Below, in pieces: positions 12,940 through 24,749 of a DNA stretch of 64,000 nt. Source of the stretch: Octopus vulgaris (lineage: Eukaryota); contig OX597819.1 of assembly GCA_951406725.2 (NCBI GenBank), positions 38,440,001 to 38,504,000 on the forward strand, read 5' to 3'. The stretch's first letter is position 1. Each line of letters begins with the position of its first letter. Made by a program: the position numbers and the translations under genes. A model generated the notes under the pieces. The model did no database searches and was not told where the DNA came from. It saw only the letters and a list, made by a program, of their open reading frames with translations.

Positions 12940-13161
12940 CCCTTTAGCATTTAAACTGGCCAAATCTGGCCCAAATATATTTTTTTTTTGTTTTATGCTC
13001 AAACCAGCCAAATCTGACTTCTCACACCTACCCTACAATGTCATTCAAAAATATACACTCACATCATCAAAATCTCAAAACTACAAGATAATGCCTGACT
13101 AATTTGAAAACAATGTGAATGAATAAGTATTACATTTGACAGTAATCTGAATACTTAAGGG
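12940..13161. mobile_element. piggyBac-like TTAA MITE
   Basis: TTAA|CCCTTTAGCA ... TAAGGG|TTAA. Confidence 0.75.
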
Positions 13162-14052
13162 TTAACATCACCACCTGGCACACAAAGTGCCTTAAGTGGA
13201 GCCCCACTAAAGCATTCAGTCCAGGCACATACCCACAACCTTTTACAGATATTTCCACTTGAGTATAAAAGATGAAAAAAGAAGGCTTAGGCATTTACCT
13301 TTTAGCATTTACATTTCTGTCAAATGTAATACTTATTTATTCACAATATTTTGAAATTAATCGTGCATTATTTCATAGCTTTAAGACTTTGATGATGTTT
13401 ATTTTTCAAATGACATGTAGGGTAGGTGTCACCAAGTTTTAACAAAAAACAGGTAGAATGTTTGAGCTGGATATGGTTCATGAAGTGTTCTATATTTTTT
13501 GGTCGATGTCAAAAAGCACCCTTTGAACTATGGGCTTCACAGAGGCAGTGACACGTGACTGTGACCTTTGGCAATATACCATGCTTGAGAAGACTTGTCA
13601 AGCTAAGTGAGATTGTAGTTATGGCTGATGCTGGTGTTTCACAACTGGCACCTGTGCTGGTGGCAGGTAAAAAGCACCCACTACACTCTTGGAGTGTATA
13701 TTTTATAGCAGCAAGCTGGCAGAAACGTTAGCATGCCGGGCAAAATGCGTAGCCATATTTTGTCTGCCGTTACGTTCTGAGTTCAAATTCCGCCATGGTC
13801 AACTTTGCCTTTCATCCTTTCGGGGTCGACTAAATAAGTACCAGTTACGCACTGGGGTCGATGTAATCGATTTAATCCATTTGTCTGTCCTTGTTTGTCC
13901 CCTTGTGGGTAGTAAAGAAATAATTACACTCTTGGAGTGGTTGGCGTTAGGAAGGGCATCCAGCATATATATATATATATATATATATCGTCGCCATGAT
14001 AGATCGTTAGCCACTACACACATATTTTTCTCTCCTTGTTTTTTCTGTGTCC

Positions 14053-14088
14053 CTTTCTGTAGAAGAGCGTAGGCTCAAAATGTAAAAG
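14053..14088 (+). ncRNA. Minimal type-I hammerhead variant (decayed) in a short (TA)n-embedded PLE-like element (~13988-14180)
   Basis: CUUU-CUGUAGAA-GAGC-GUAG-GCUC-AAA-AUGU-A-AAAG; same family as 51349-51386 with two CpG transitions. Confidence 0.55.
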
Positions 14089-14292
14089 ACTTTTTCTATT
14101 CCTGAGCGTTATACTAATACATCTGTTTGCTTTGTACACCACCTGTCTTCGTCTTTTGTTGTTTTTTTCGTAAACTCTCCTATATAAGAAAGCATGGAAA
14201 AGTGGATGTTAAAGATGATAATAACTGTAAAGCTTTGGAACAATCTATATTCGAAGTATAGTTTTAACCTTTGTGATTTCAATCTTCCTTAA

Positions 14293-14511
14293 CCCTTTAG
14301 TGTTCTGATTATTCAATCAAACATAATGCTAATTGATTCACATTGATTTGAATTAATCATGCATTATCTCATATCTTTAAGATCTTGATTGTGTAATTAC
14401 CTAATGTAGAATAACATTGTAGGGTAGGTGTGAGAGCCTGGATCTGGTCAGTTTGAACATAAAATAGATTAAATATTTTGGCCGGATATGGCCGGTTTAA
14501 ATACTAAAGGG
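14293..14511. mobile_element. piggyBac-like TTAA MITE
   Basis: TTAA|CCCTTTAG ... CTAAAGGG|TTAA. Confidence 0.75.
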
Positions 14512-14631
14512 TTAAACCACTATGGTTCAATGAATGATCAAGCTTCTTGTTTTAGGTGACCTCAAAACTTTTCGTTAAGATTTCATGCTAATTTATGCTT
14601 CAAACATCATATTAATAATGGCAAAATTATT

Positions 14632-14920
14632 GGATCTTTTCGGTTTGACTGGCAGTTTTTAAAAATAATTTCCACGTAACTAAACAGTTTTAAACTTCGT
14701 ATACTGATAGAATGTGTTTATAAAACATCTTTTTCTCTTGGCTTTATTGAGAAAATTCTATAGTTTGCAAGACATTTGTTGTTTTTTTTCTTCAATTTCT
14801 GCAATTTCAACCAATCAATGACGTCTATTGAGGTAAAAACATTCTGTGCCGTATGAATATGTCCCTCGTTTAAGAAACAGATTGGGTTTGTTTACATTTG
14901 TGAAGAAAAAAAGATACTCC
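14632..14920 (+). mobile_element. Truncated copy of the GGATCTTTTCGG-TIR MITE
   Basis: Left TIR and body match 26241 and 45530 copies; right end replaced by a SINE tail. Confidence 0.7.
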
Positions 14921-15153
14921 ATAACTTAGCAGTTCAGCAAAACAAAAACTGATAGAATAAGTACTACGTTTACAAACAGTAAGTTCTGGGGGCTCTTTTT
15001 GTGACTACAAACTGTTTAAGGCAGTGCTCCAGCATGTCCGCAGTCAAATGACTGAAACAAGTAAAACAACAAAAGAATAATCCATCATAACATTATGACA
15101 GATTAAAAACAGAAAATGAAATCAATGAAAGATATGAATTAAACTAAACTTAC

Positions 15154-15185
15154 AGTTGTCACGTTGCCTTCCGTTTTATGTATGA
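15154..15185 (-). CDS. MRPS18A: MRPS18A exon 2, 32-nt micro-exon (I-IHKTEGNVTT)
   Basis: TTTGCAG acceptor, GTAAGT donor; phases 1/0 link exons 1 and 3 exactly; matches the EGxTT-IEG motif. Confidence 0.85.
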
Positions 15186-15396
15186 CTGCAAATGAAGAAA
15201 AAGAGGTTTAGTACAAAAGTTTGACACAAAAAAAAAAAACAAAACTTTTCCCATCACAAAAGCTGTTTCAGTAAAAAACCTTTTACACAGATTTGAGTTT
15301 CTTGACATAACTCCAGTAGACTAATTGCCTATGTTTCTTTTTCCTTCAGTAATAGCAGACCAAAGAAGAAATATGTTATTATTTTTTCTATTGCTA

Positions 15397-16682
15397 TCAG
15401 GTCATCCCATAAGTTCTGTCCAATTTTACCCTCTTAAAATTGAATGAAATTTAATAGTATTTTAGAATGTCTAATGGAATTAAAAATTATTTTTATGCAT
15501 TTGTGTACATTGAAACTAATTAAATATTATTTTACAGAATAATAGAATTAAAATTTCTGCTTTGATTAAAACCCTTTCTAACATGGAAGTATCCAAAGAG
15601 CATTTGAGGCATATAATGCTTTATGAGTACAAAAAAGGAAACTCTGCAGCCGAAGCAACTCGAAACATGCACTCAGTTTATAGGAAAGAATACTTGAATG
15701 GAAAAACTTGCAGAAAATGGTTTGCAATATTCAGAAGTGGAGATTTTAGCCTTGAAGATAAAGGTCGAACAGGACGTCCATTTGAGTTTGATGATAAGCT
15801 CCTTGAGGCATTACTTGAAGAAAATCCTGCATTATCAGTTAAAGAATTGGCAATAAAGCTTAGTTCAAACCATACAACTGTTCATTGTCATCTTCAACAA
15901 CTTGGAAAGGTTCCTAAACTTGGAAAATGGGTGCCTCATGAATTGTCCGAAAGCAACTGCAAATCCCGAGTTGACATCTGCTCTTCTCTCCATTGTCGTG
16001 AACTCATTTCACCCTTTTTGGATAGACTTGTTACTGGTGATGAAAAATGGATCTTCTATCGAAATGTTAAATGTTGTAAACAGTGGCTTGGTAAAAGGGA
16101 AAAAGCTCAACCACAACCAAGAAGGGAACTTCATGGGAAAAAGGTTCTTCTCTCTATCTGATGGGATTGCAAAGGAGTAATTCACTTTGAATTGTTACCA
16201 CCTAATGCAACAATCAATGCTCAAGTCTACTGTTAGCAATTAGAGCATTTGAACCAAGCTTTGAAGAAAAAAAGACCTGCTTTAGTGAATTGAAAAGGAG
16301 TGATGTTTCATCAGGACGATGCGCGACCCCACACTGCAAAGATCACATCACAGAAGATCAAAGAGCTTGGTTGGGAAAAAATTCCTCATCCACCTTATTC
16401 TCCCAACCTTATTCCTTCAGACTACCATTTGTTTTGTAGTTTACAGGATAATTTGGGGGGGAACATAACTTTCGTAAGCCAGGAGGAGGTTGAAACTAAC
16501 ATTTCAGAGTTCTTTGAAACCAAAAGTTTTACATTGATGGAATTAAAAAGCTTGTAAATAAATGGAAGGAAGTCATAGATAATCAGGGAAAGTACACTGA
16601 TGATTAAATTTCAATTAAATATAACATTTGATTACTTGTTCCCTTTATTCAAAATTCGGACAGAACTTATGGGATGACCTAA
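15397..16682 (+). mobile_element. Full-length (1286 bp) mariner transposon
   Basis: TIR TCAGGTCATCCCATAAGTTCTGTCC / GGACAGAACTTATGGGATGACCTAA, TA on both sides. Confidence 0.95.
15583..16607 (+). pseudogene. Mariner DD34D transposase pseudogene
   Basis: WVPHEL, VTGDEKW, FHQDDARPH, HPPYSPNLIPSDYHLF; internal stops (first at 16159-16161) and a late frameshift. Confidence 0.92.
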
Positions 16683-18394
16683 TATCATCTTATGCGTGTG
16701 AGTGAAAGCATGTAATCACTTAGTCTGTGTTTGCAAAACTACTGGAAAACGTCCAAACAGATTTTCAGCAAATTTGGCAGAAATACTCACAGGGTAAGTG
16801 GCTCAAAATTATGAGAATTTGGTTTGATTATTTTCAAACATACATAAATACATGCATAGGTGTGCGTGTGTGCGTGCATGCGCACATACAGTGACAGATT
16901 CGAAGGCTTAATTTCACCTGAGTATAAATACCTAATACTTAAAAAAAAACATTTTCTTTTTAAATCGGATTTGCATATTTCCTGAGAAGCAAGTGGTCAC
17001 AGTATTTATATCCTACAACAAACTACAGAAAGTTTGATGCACCTTCCATCAATGAAAGACTTTGAGAGCACTTAAATTCTATGCAATATTTTGTGTAAGT
17101 AATTCATTTCGTTCACTTTTCTTTTTATATGAATCAACCCTCATCTGCATGTGTATAGATCATGGTATACCTATGCGCATAGACAAGTGTGGGTACATAC
17201 TTACATTTGAGACCCCCTTCAGTTATGAATGACCATGGGATTGCACCTACAAAGTCACCCTCCCAGGCACAAGTCTGGGCAAGGTTGATTGTGAAAGACC
17301 AGCAGTCACCCATTCATACCAGCCTCCCCTTTCCATGCCAAGAATATTATCCAAGGGGAAGATAAAGGCTGATCCAGCTTGAACTCAGAAGGATGGACAA
17401 AATGCTACTAAACACTTTGTCTGGGGTGCTAACGATATTAATAATAATAGTAATGATAAGTCTTTCTACTGTAGGCACAAGACATGAAATTTGGGGGAAG
17501 GGATGAAGTCGATTACATCGACCCTGTTACTCAACCAGTACTTAATTTAATCGACTCCGAAAGGATGAAAGGCAAAGTCGACCTCAGCAGAATTTGAACC
17601 CAGAACATAGTGACAGACAAAATACTGCTAACGATTTTGCCAGCTTGCTGCCTTAATGATAATAATAAAATAGTAACAACATTGGGACCTTCTCAAATAC
17701 CAAACTCCATAGGAAGTACACAGTTGGCAGCATTACTTGGAACAGCTCATATGCTGAGGAAAGTTGCGTCTCTAAGCTACAGCATGGAGCTGAGATATGA
17801 TGTAAATAACCCAGGAAAAGAAAGACTAAAGCTAATGTTATCTTTATTAATCACTTAAGGTTAACTAAAAGATCAAGGATGGTACAGGGTGATAGAGGTG
17901 TGCAAGTTAACATAAAAAAAGCATGTAAAATAGCAAATAACAAAAACAAAGAACAAAAATATCAAGGCATAATTCACCAAGAGGAGACCTCTGAGGGTTA
18001 CTTGTGGAAACCGTACAAAATCACATTTACCCTGATCACTAAGGCAAGTGCCTTCTCCCATTTGTCCTATTCCAATCGACAGCTGATAACCAGATCCATT
18101 GCACACATGTGACAGAAGGTATTTCTTATACTTCCACTAGCCAGCAACGTTCAGGAATTAGATGAGTGTGCGCAGAACAGTTTCACCATTCTGCATGCAT
18201 CTTGGATAGGCCCAGCTGACAGCATTTCTGTGCTTGCAGTGTTTATCTTGAACCAGCAATGCTTCACCAATAGACTGCTACACTAGGAGTTTCTGGAAAT
18301 TATTCATGAGCCTCAGCCCAAAAGATCTCTGGAACACACCAGCCAGATGATTTTCACTGTTGATTTTTACCAGTTGATTTTCATCGACACCCAG

Positions 18395-18757
18395 TGCAGA
18401 ATCACCTCCCTCCGACAAGTCATCCTAACGAGATGTCTGCGTTGGCTGGGTCATGCCCTCCGTCATCAACCAGGAGAATTCACCTACGAAGCAATTGCCC
18501 CAGCTCCCCTTCAGGGTTGGCAAAAGCGTCGTGGTGGACAACGAAAAACCTGGCTGATGACAGTCAAGGCTGATCTGAAACCCAACCTAGGCCCCCATAT
18601 CTACGGCATTTGCCGCTGGAATAAGGAGTGGTTGGAGATCATGTGGTCGTTAGCCTCAAATCGCCAGGCCTGGTCGGCATTTGTGAGAGATGCAGCATTG
18701 AGGATAAATGAAGCCAGCTCAACCTACCCCGGGTGAATGCTGTAAGAAGAAGAAGAA
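18395..18757 (+). mobile_element. 5'-truncated RTE-clade LINE with (GAA)n tail and 9-bp TSD, inside an older LINE relic (~17990-19290)
   Basis: RCLRWLGHALR..RRGGQRKTW..W motif; GACACCCAG at 18386-18394 and 18758-18766. Confidence 0.8.
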
Positions 18758-19371
18758 GACACCCAGAGTTTCCTCAAGAACATCATCACTCTTGCCTGCC
18801 AGTAACTCTCTATACAATGCTAATTTGGAACATCTACCAACTGGTAGAGGGTTGTGAATACTTCATAACATTCAGGATGCTAAGTACTATTTCACTCTTT
18901 GTATGATCCAAAACTGCAGCTCTATCAAAGAGACTAATTGCAGAAAAATTCATCTGATAAACACCAACCACACCTATTCACCATCAGGGAATTGCTCGCA
19001 ATGTCAGTCTCAGCACATGTCTACACCTCACCAATCACATCATGCTCAGTCCTCCACTCAGTGGATGTTGGCAGCTAATGGAACACATCCCCTCCATAGA
19101 AAGCAGACAAGCCGATGTTCCAATCAGGTCAAATGTGAACGGAAGCAAAACACAATGGCCAGACAATAATATATGATGGAAGCATATAAGCCACTTCTAC
19201 TCAGGAATAGCTTTCTCTTGGCCCATTTCTAGGTGAGATCAGCCATTCTGCTCATCACCTCATCCTAGTGCCTTTCCACTTGGAGATCTAGACCTGTTTT
19301 TTTTTTTTTTATCTTTAAGAAGCTTCTATGTAGTCAGTCAATCAGCTAGAAACAGCAAACACTTTCTCTCT

Positions 19372-19869
19372 CTATCCGCTCAGTCGAAGTCGACTCTCGG
19401 TCACTTGTTGGATCAGTGTCCTCCAGTCAATTCTATCCTGGGCCGCTTCCTTCAGACTGGCCATGTCCATTCCGGTATCACTCCTGATGGTGTCAAGCCA
19501 GTGGGTTCTTGGTCGGCCTCTTCCTCTCTTGCCACTGACCATTCCAAGCATGATGTCCTTCTCCAGGGATTCTCTCCGCATAATATGACCGAAATATGCC
19601 AATCTATGCTTGGTGATCCCAGCTTCTAGCGACATTTTCGGCCTTATCTGCTTAAGAACTTCTCCATTGGTGAGCCTCGCTGTCCATGGAATCCGCAAAA
19701 GTCTTCTCCAACACCAAAGCTCGAATGCATTAATTCTCTTCTGGTCAGCTTTCTTTAGTGTCCAGGTCTCGCATCCATATGTTGCTATTGGGAAGACAAT
19801 TGCATTCACCAATCTGTATTTGGTAGCGAGTCTGATGTCTCTACTCTTCCAGACCCTGCTCGTCTTCAA
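19372..19869 (-). mobile_element. RTE/BovB-like LINE C-terminal fragment, ORF open
   Basis: VFPIATYGCETWT, INAFELWCWRRLLRIPW, YFGHIMRR, GKRGRGRPR motifs. Confidence 0.88.
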
Positions 19870-20325
19870 AAAAATGAGGGGGACACTGGAAAATGTGGTC
19901 CTAGATTTACAAAATAAACTCGATTGTCAACTCTAGAATATCTTTGAATCAAAGGACAGCTCAATTAAGACTGACGTGAGGCTAAACAACTGGATTTCTT
20001 ACAAAAATGTTCAAAAGCTCAGACTTACGAATATACTACGTTCATTCCATATCTTTTTCAAGGATATGAACGATATAATAACTTCAGTGGTAAATAAAAA
20101 CAGGTTCTCGGACTCTGAAAGAGATCATCTTTAATTTATGTTACTCTGAGTAGTATCGACGAAAAGAACACATCGCTTGTCGATGCATTTATTTTCTGCC
20201 AACGAAATACAGGCATCTGTTATTTTATTATTACTTTAACAGAAAATTCAACATCATTCATTAGTTTTCTATTGCGAATGAGGAAGGAGGGTTATCTTTT
20301 AAAAAACTCATTCAATAAAAGTGAC

Positions 20326-20393
20326 GGCGATCTTACGGTTCGTAAACGGTACTAGAACCGTAAGATCGCCGGTACTAGAACCGTAAGATCGCC
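20326..20393. mobile_element. TIR-only mini-MITE with duplicated right end
   Basis: GGCGATCTTACGGTTC / GAACCGTAAGATCGCC; 23-bp tandem duplication 20348-20370 and 20371-20393; flanks AAAGTGAC/AAAATGCC. Confidence 0.6.
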
Positions 20394-20498
20394 AAAATGC
20401 CTTTGGAACGATTACTCACCAGACACGGGACATGTGTAGATTTAATTAAACTTACACACATAAATCAATACAGAGATTGAAATAAAAAGAAACCTTAC

Positions 20499-20619
20499 TT
20501 TGTTTTAGCTGCAATTGTTTGGAAGAAGAAAAGCTTGCGATCACAGGTAGAGTTCGACAAACCGTAAGATTTTTCCTTAAAGGGGCTCCGAGCAATCGCA
20601 AAGTTATTAGGGAAGCCAT
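20499..20619 (-). CDS. MRPS18A: MRPS18A exon 1 (mitochondrial presequence MASLITLRLLGAPLRKNLTVCRTLPVIASFSSSKQLQLKQ)
   Basis: AAAATGG start context, R/L/S-rich acid-free peptide, GTAAGG donor in phase 1; spliced CDS 504 nt. Confidence 0.85.
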
Positions 20620-20960
20620 TTTAACCTTGGTAGTCACACTGCCATATAGAGTTGTTTCCCTTGAACCTTATTTCACTTTACCGGTGCTATCATTTATGTT
20701 GTATCTGCGTAAAAAATAGATTATTTGCCTATACCTCGTGGAAAGGCTTTTTAATAACAGACAATACTGTTGAATTCGTTTAAAATTTGAATATATTTCA
20801 TAAAATACATTAAAATTTACAGTAAATTTAACAGCTTTAAATAATGTTCCTACCATGTAGTTGCTTCAGTTTCACCTCACGGTACAACTTCGAACTTTCT
20901 AATTTGCTTTAATCGTCATAAAAAGTGAAAGTAAATTGTCTTAAAAAAATTGAAAAAAAA

Positions 20961-20968
20961 CCGGAAGT
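20961..20968 (+). promoter_or_regulatory. ETS/GABP-type site CCGGAAGT upstream of MRPS18A
   Basis: Exact motif ~340 bp upstream of ATG in a CpG-enriched region; second copy ACTTCCGG at 21140-21147. Confidence 0.35.
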
Positions 20969-21007
20969 AACGACAGTGACATACCAAAATTTCATAAAAC
21001 ACTTTTG

Positions 21008-21168
21008 GGTGATCCTTCGGTATAGGTACCGTAAGTGGCTTTGTTTACATTTCTGAAGATAACAGAAACCCTTTTCTCCAACCTCTAGCCCTAACCCCCC
21101 ATATATATAAAAAAAGCACTTTCTTGAAATGTATCCGGTACTTCCGGTACCTATACCGAAGTTACGCC
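21008..21168. mobile_element. Merlin-like MITE (GG..CC ends, 8-bp TSD)
   Basis: TIR core CTTCGGTATAGGTACCG; perfect TSD CACTTTTG at 21000-21007 and 21169-21176. Confidence 0.75.
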
Positions 21169-22496
21169 CACTTTTGATGTTTAACGGGTGGGCTTCCTGT
21201 GTGGGTCTGATCAACATGATAGCATCAGTAGTCAGCTACAGAAGAGTGATAGATGCTCACCTAGAAGAAAACTGAGGCGACAATTTGGAACTGTTCATTG
21301 TTGCTGAAATCACTGCCATTGATAAAAGTACTTGATGTTTATAGGTGTTGCCACTGAAAGTCTTATGAAGACTTGGTCACTTCTCATTTTTTTAAACAGA
21401 AAATACAACTGTTCTGATGTTTTAAATGCTTTGAGATGAATATTCCACTGACATAATTCTTCTATGCTCTTTTTCATTTTGGTACTACATTGACAGTCAT
21501 TTCTGCTTTATAAAAGTCTGAAAGAAATATAAATGTGACCTTTAATTTCTTTATTGATGATCTAAAGGTCTAGAGGATTCACTCTGTTGCTACTCAGAAT
21601 TTCTATATCATTATAAACATTCGGATAATAATAGAAATAAATGAGACACTGCATTATATACATTACTGATAGATACAATGATTGCTGTGGTGATTGGTTT
21701 TGATAACAGATCAGTGAAGACTTTGTGGGGCATTTTGATATGCACCAAATGAAGTAACAGAATGGAAAAAATTATTTCTTACAGATTTTATTTATCTGTG
21801 GCACGTAAAATGCACCAATCCGACCGTGGCCGTTGCCAGCTTCGCCTGGCACCTGTGCGGGTGGCACGTAAAAAGCACCCACTACACTCATGGAGTGGTT
21901 GGCATTAGGAAGGGCATCCAGCTGTAGAAACATTGCCAGATAGGACTGGAGCCTGGTGCAGCCTTCTGGCTTCCCAGATCCCCGGTCGAACCGTCCAACC
22001 CATGCTAGCATGGAGAACGGACGTTAAACGATGATGATGATGATGATGATGATTACAATTCGTCACACAGGCTGTAAAAGTCAGCTGTTTTACAGTAGTA
22101 AGAGGATTTTTATTAAAGACAAGGCTTGCACACTTTTGGTAATATTTGTGTCAGATGTGGGTGTTAGAGAGAGGAGGAGGAGAGAGAGAGAGATTGGTGA
22201 TAGAAAGAGAATGACATGCGGTGTCTAAGACAGAAAACAAACTGTCCGAAAACATTCGAAGAGAGCATGCTCCTCTGGCAAGGACAATCAAGAAAGAGGA
22301 GAAAAAAGAATAATAAAGGATAGAGAAAGGATATATATATATAGGCTGGCTTATTCACAGTTTTAAAACACCTAAAGGCAGAAATATAGACATCATTTGT
22401 CAATCATTAAGATAGCACTGTCTGTGGGTGTTGAGTTGTTTTGACTCTTATTTCTAGCAATACTGGTGCTGATTAGTGTCCTTTTATATTTCTGCC

Positions 22497-22531
<35 letters not shown>

Positions 22532-22578
22532 ATCGTTGGCGATTTTCTTTCTCCATCTTCCCTTTGGACTTTTTCTAT

Positions 22579-22613
22579 ATTTCTAACGAAGAGCTCTGCT
22601 CAAAACGTGAAAT
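22579..22613 (+). ncRNA. Decayed minimal type-I hammerhead in a (TA)n-flanked element (~22533-22712)
   Basis: AUUU-CUAACGAA-GAGC-UCU-GCUC-AAA-ACGU-G-AAAU; stems intact, three core positions mutated. Confidence 0.45.
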
Positions 22614-23026
22614 CCTCTTTCTTTTCTTTCCTTTCCTGATTGTCCAATAACAATGTACTTATTCCACATCCTCGCGTTGTTGTTTTTTCTTGCTTGTTCA
22701 TGTTTGGATTAACTATATATATATACATATTTCTTTACTGCCCACAAGGGGCTAAACATAGAGGGGACAAACAAGGACATTAAGTTGATTACATCGACCC
22801 CAGTGCGAAACTGGTACTTTATTTATCGACCTCGAAAGGATGAAAGGCAAAGTCAACCTCGGCGGAATTTGAACTCAGAACGTAGCGGCGGGCAAAATGC
22901 TTAGCAGTATTAAATAAGTACCAGTTACACACTGGGGTCAATATAATCAACTTAATCCGTTTGTCTGTCCTTGTTTGTCCTCTCTGTGTTTAGCCCATTG
23001 TGGGTAGTAAAGAAATTTATATATAT

Positions 23027-23512
23027 AAAAAGCACCGTCCGTTCGTGGCCGTTTGCCAGCTCTGTCTGGCCCCGTGTCGGTGGCACGTAAAAGCACCATC
23101 CGTTCGTGTCCGTTGCCAGCCTCGGCTGGCCCCCGTGCCGGTGACACGTAAAAGCACCGTCCGTTCGTGGCCGTTTGCCAGCTCTGTCTGGCAACCATGT
23201 CGGTGGCACGTAAAAGCACCATCCGTTCGCGTCCGTTGCCAGCCTCGGCTGGCCCCCGTGCCGGTGACACGTAAAAGCACCGTCCGTTCGTGGCCATTTG
23301 CCAGCTCTGTCTGGCACCTGTGCAGGTGGCACGTAAAAAACACCCGCTACACTCGCGGAGTGGTTGGCGTTAGGAAGGGCATCCAGCCGTAGAAACACTG
23401 CCAGATCTGACTGGGCCTGACGAAGCCTTCCAGCTTCACAGACCCCAGTTGACCCGTCCAACCCATGCTAGCATGGAAAGCGGACGCTAAATGATGATGA
23501 TGATGATGATGA
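23027..23512 (+). mobile_element. RTE-type 3' UTR with internal ~60-bp tandem repeats
   Basis: About 5 units of GGTGGCACGTAAAAGCACC..CCGTTCGTGGCCGTTTGCCAGC in A/B alternation, then the standard (TGA)n tail. Confidence 0.75.
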
Positions 23513-23654
23513 TATATATATATACACACACACACACACATTCATTTGCATATATATGTGCATATTTCTATCTGTATATTAAACAAAAAGGGACTAAGTA
23601 AAATAATACATGGTGTATTTGAACACTGATAATGAATAAGGATATATAATATAC

Positions 23655-23979
23655 CAGTCATGGGCAACCTGCAGCTTGCAGGACTTTCTGAATGGCATGC
23701 CTTTTGAAAAATGACCTTCAGTTTTCTTAGTAGTGCACCCCACATATTGGTGAATTGTCTCATTCTCTTTACTCTCTTACTTGTTTCAGTCATTTCACTG
23801 TGGCCATGCTGGAGCACCACCTTTAGTCGAGCAAATCAACCCCAGGACTTATTCTTTGTAAGCCTAGTACTTATTCTATCGGTCTGTTTTGCCGAACTGC
23901 TAAGTTACAGGGATGTAAACACACCAGCATCAGTTGTCAAGCGATGTTGGGTGGGGGGGACAAACACACACAGACACAC

Positions 23980-24024
<45 letters not shown>

Positions 24025-24215
24025 CGATGGGCTTCTTTCAGTTTCCATCTACCAAATCCACTCACAAGGCTTTGGTTGGCCTGAAGCTATAGTAGAAGAC
24101 ACTTGTCCATGCAGTGGGACTGAACCCGGAACCATGTAGTTCGTAAGCAAGCTACTAACCACACAGCCACTCCTACGTCTGTGGACTGCTTCTTGAGAAA
24201 TGTTGCCCATGCCTG
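23655..24215. mobile_element. hAT-type MITE interrupted by SINE family A (23762-24178, minus)
   Basis: TIR CAGTCATGGGCAA / TTGCCCATGCCTG; TSD TAATATAC/TAATATAT. Confidence 0.65.
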
Positions 24216-24749
24216 TAATATATCATATAAATGGATTCTTGTACCCTCTTAGACCTACCTATACACAATGTATCCCTGTTAAATCCCTTCTTCTACTTAT
24301 GTTCATTTCTCTCTCTCTCGCCAACTGGGGGTAGTCATGTATCTATTCTACAGCAAGACACTGATTTCTGTCACTATGTTCAGGCTCTAACCTCTCATCA
24401 CCTGGCACAAAACCCCCACCCCATTAATGCTTCTTCCCACTCAGTTGAGGTGGGGCAGGGGTCTTGTCTTGAAAGTTACTTGGTGACCCCACAGCTACTG
24501 ATGCCATGCAAAAAGCATCCAGTACTCTTTGTAAAGTGGTTGGCATTTGGAAGGGCATCCTGCCCATATAAACCATACCAAAAACAGACATTAGAGCTTG
24601 GTACAGTCTTCTGACTTGCCAGCTCCTGTCAAACCCTCTAACCTAACCTATTTCAGCATTGAAGGAGGACGTTAAACAATGACAATGATGATGGTAATGA
24701 TGATAATGATGATGATGATGATGATGATGATGGTGGTGGTGCATGTGTG

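Noticed and set aside
17235-17315. HDV-like ribozyme resemblance (GGGAUUG..CCUCC..CAAGUCU-GGGCAA)
   Set aside because: P1 is mismatched and no convincing P2 or J4/2 can be drawn; probably the antisense of a SINE tail
22947-23461. Several overlapping 108-169 aa ORFs and a CRISPR-like regular repeat
   Set aside because: Tandem minisatellite in a LINE UTR; no unique spacers, no cas genes, eukaryotic context
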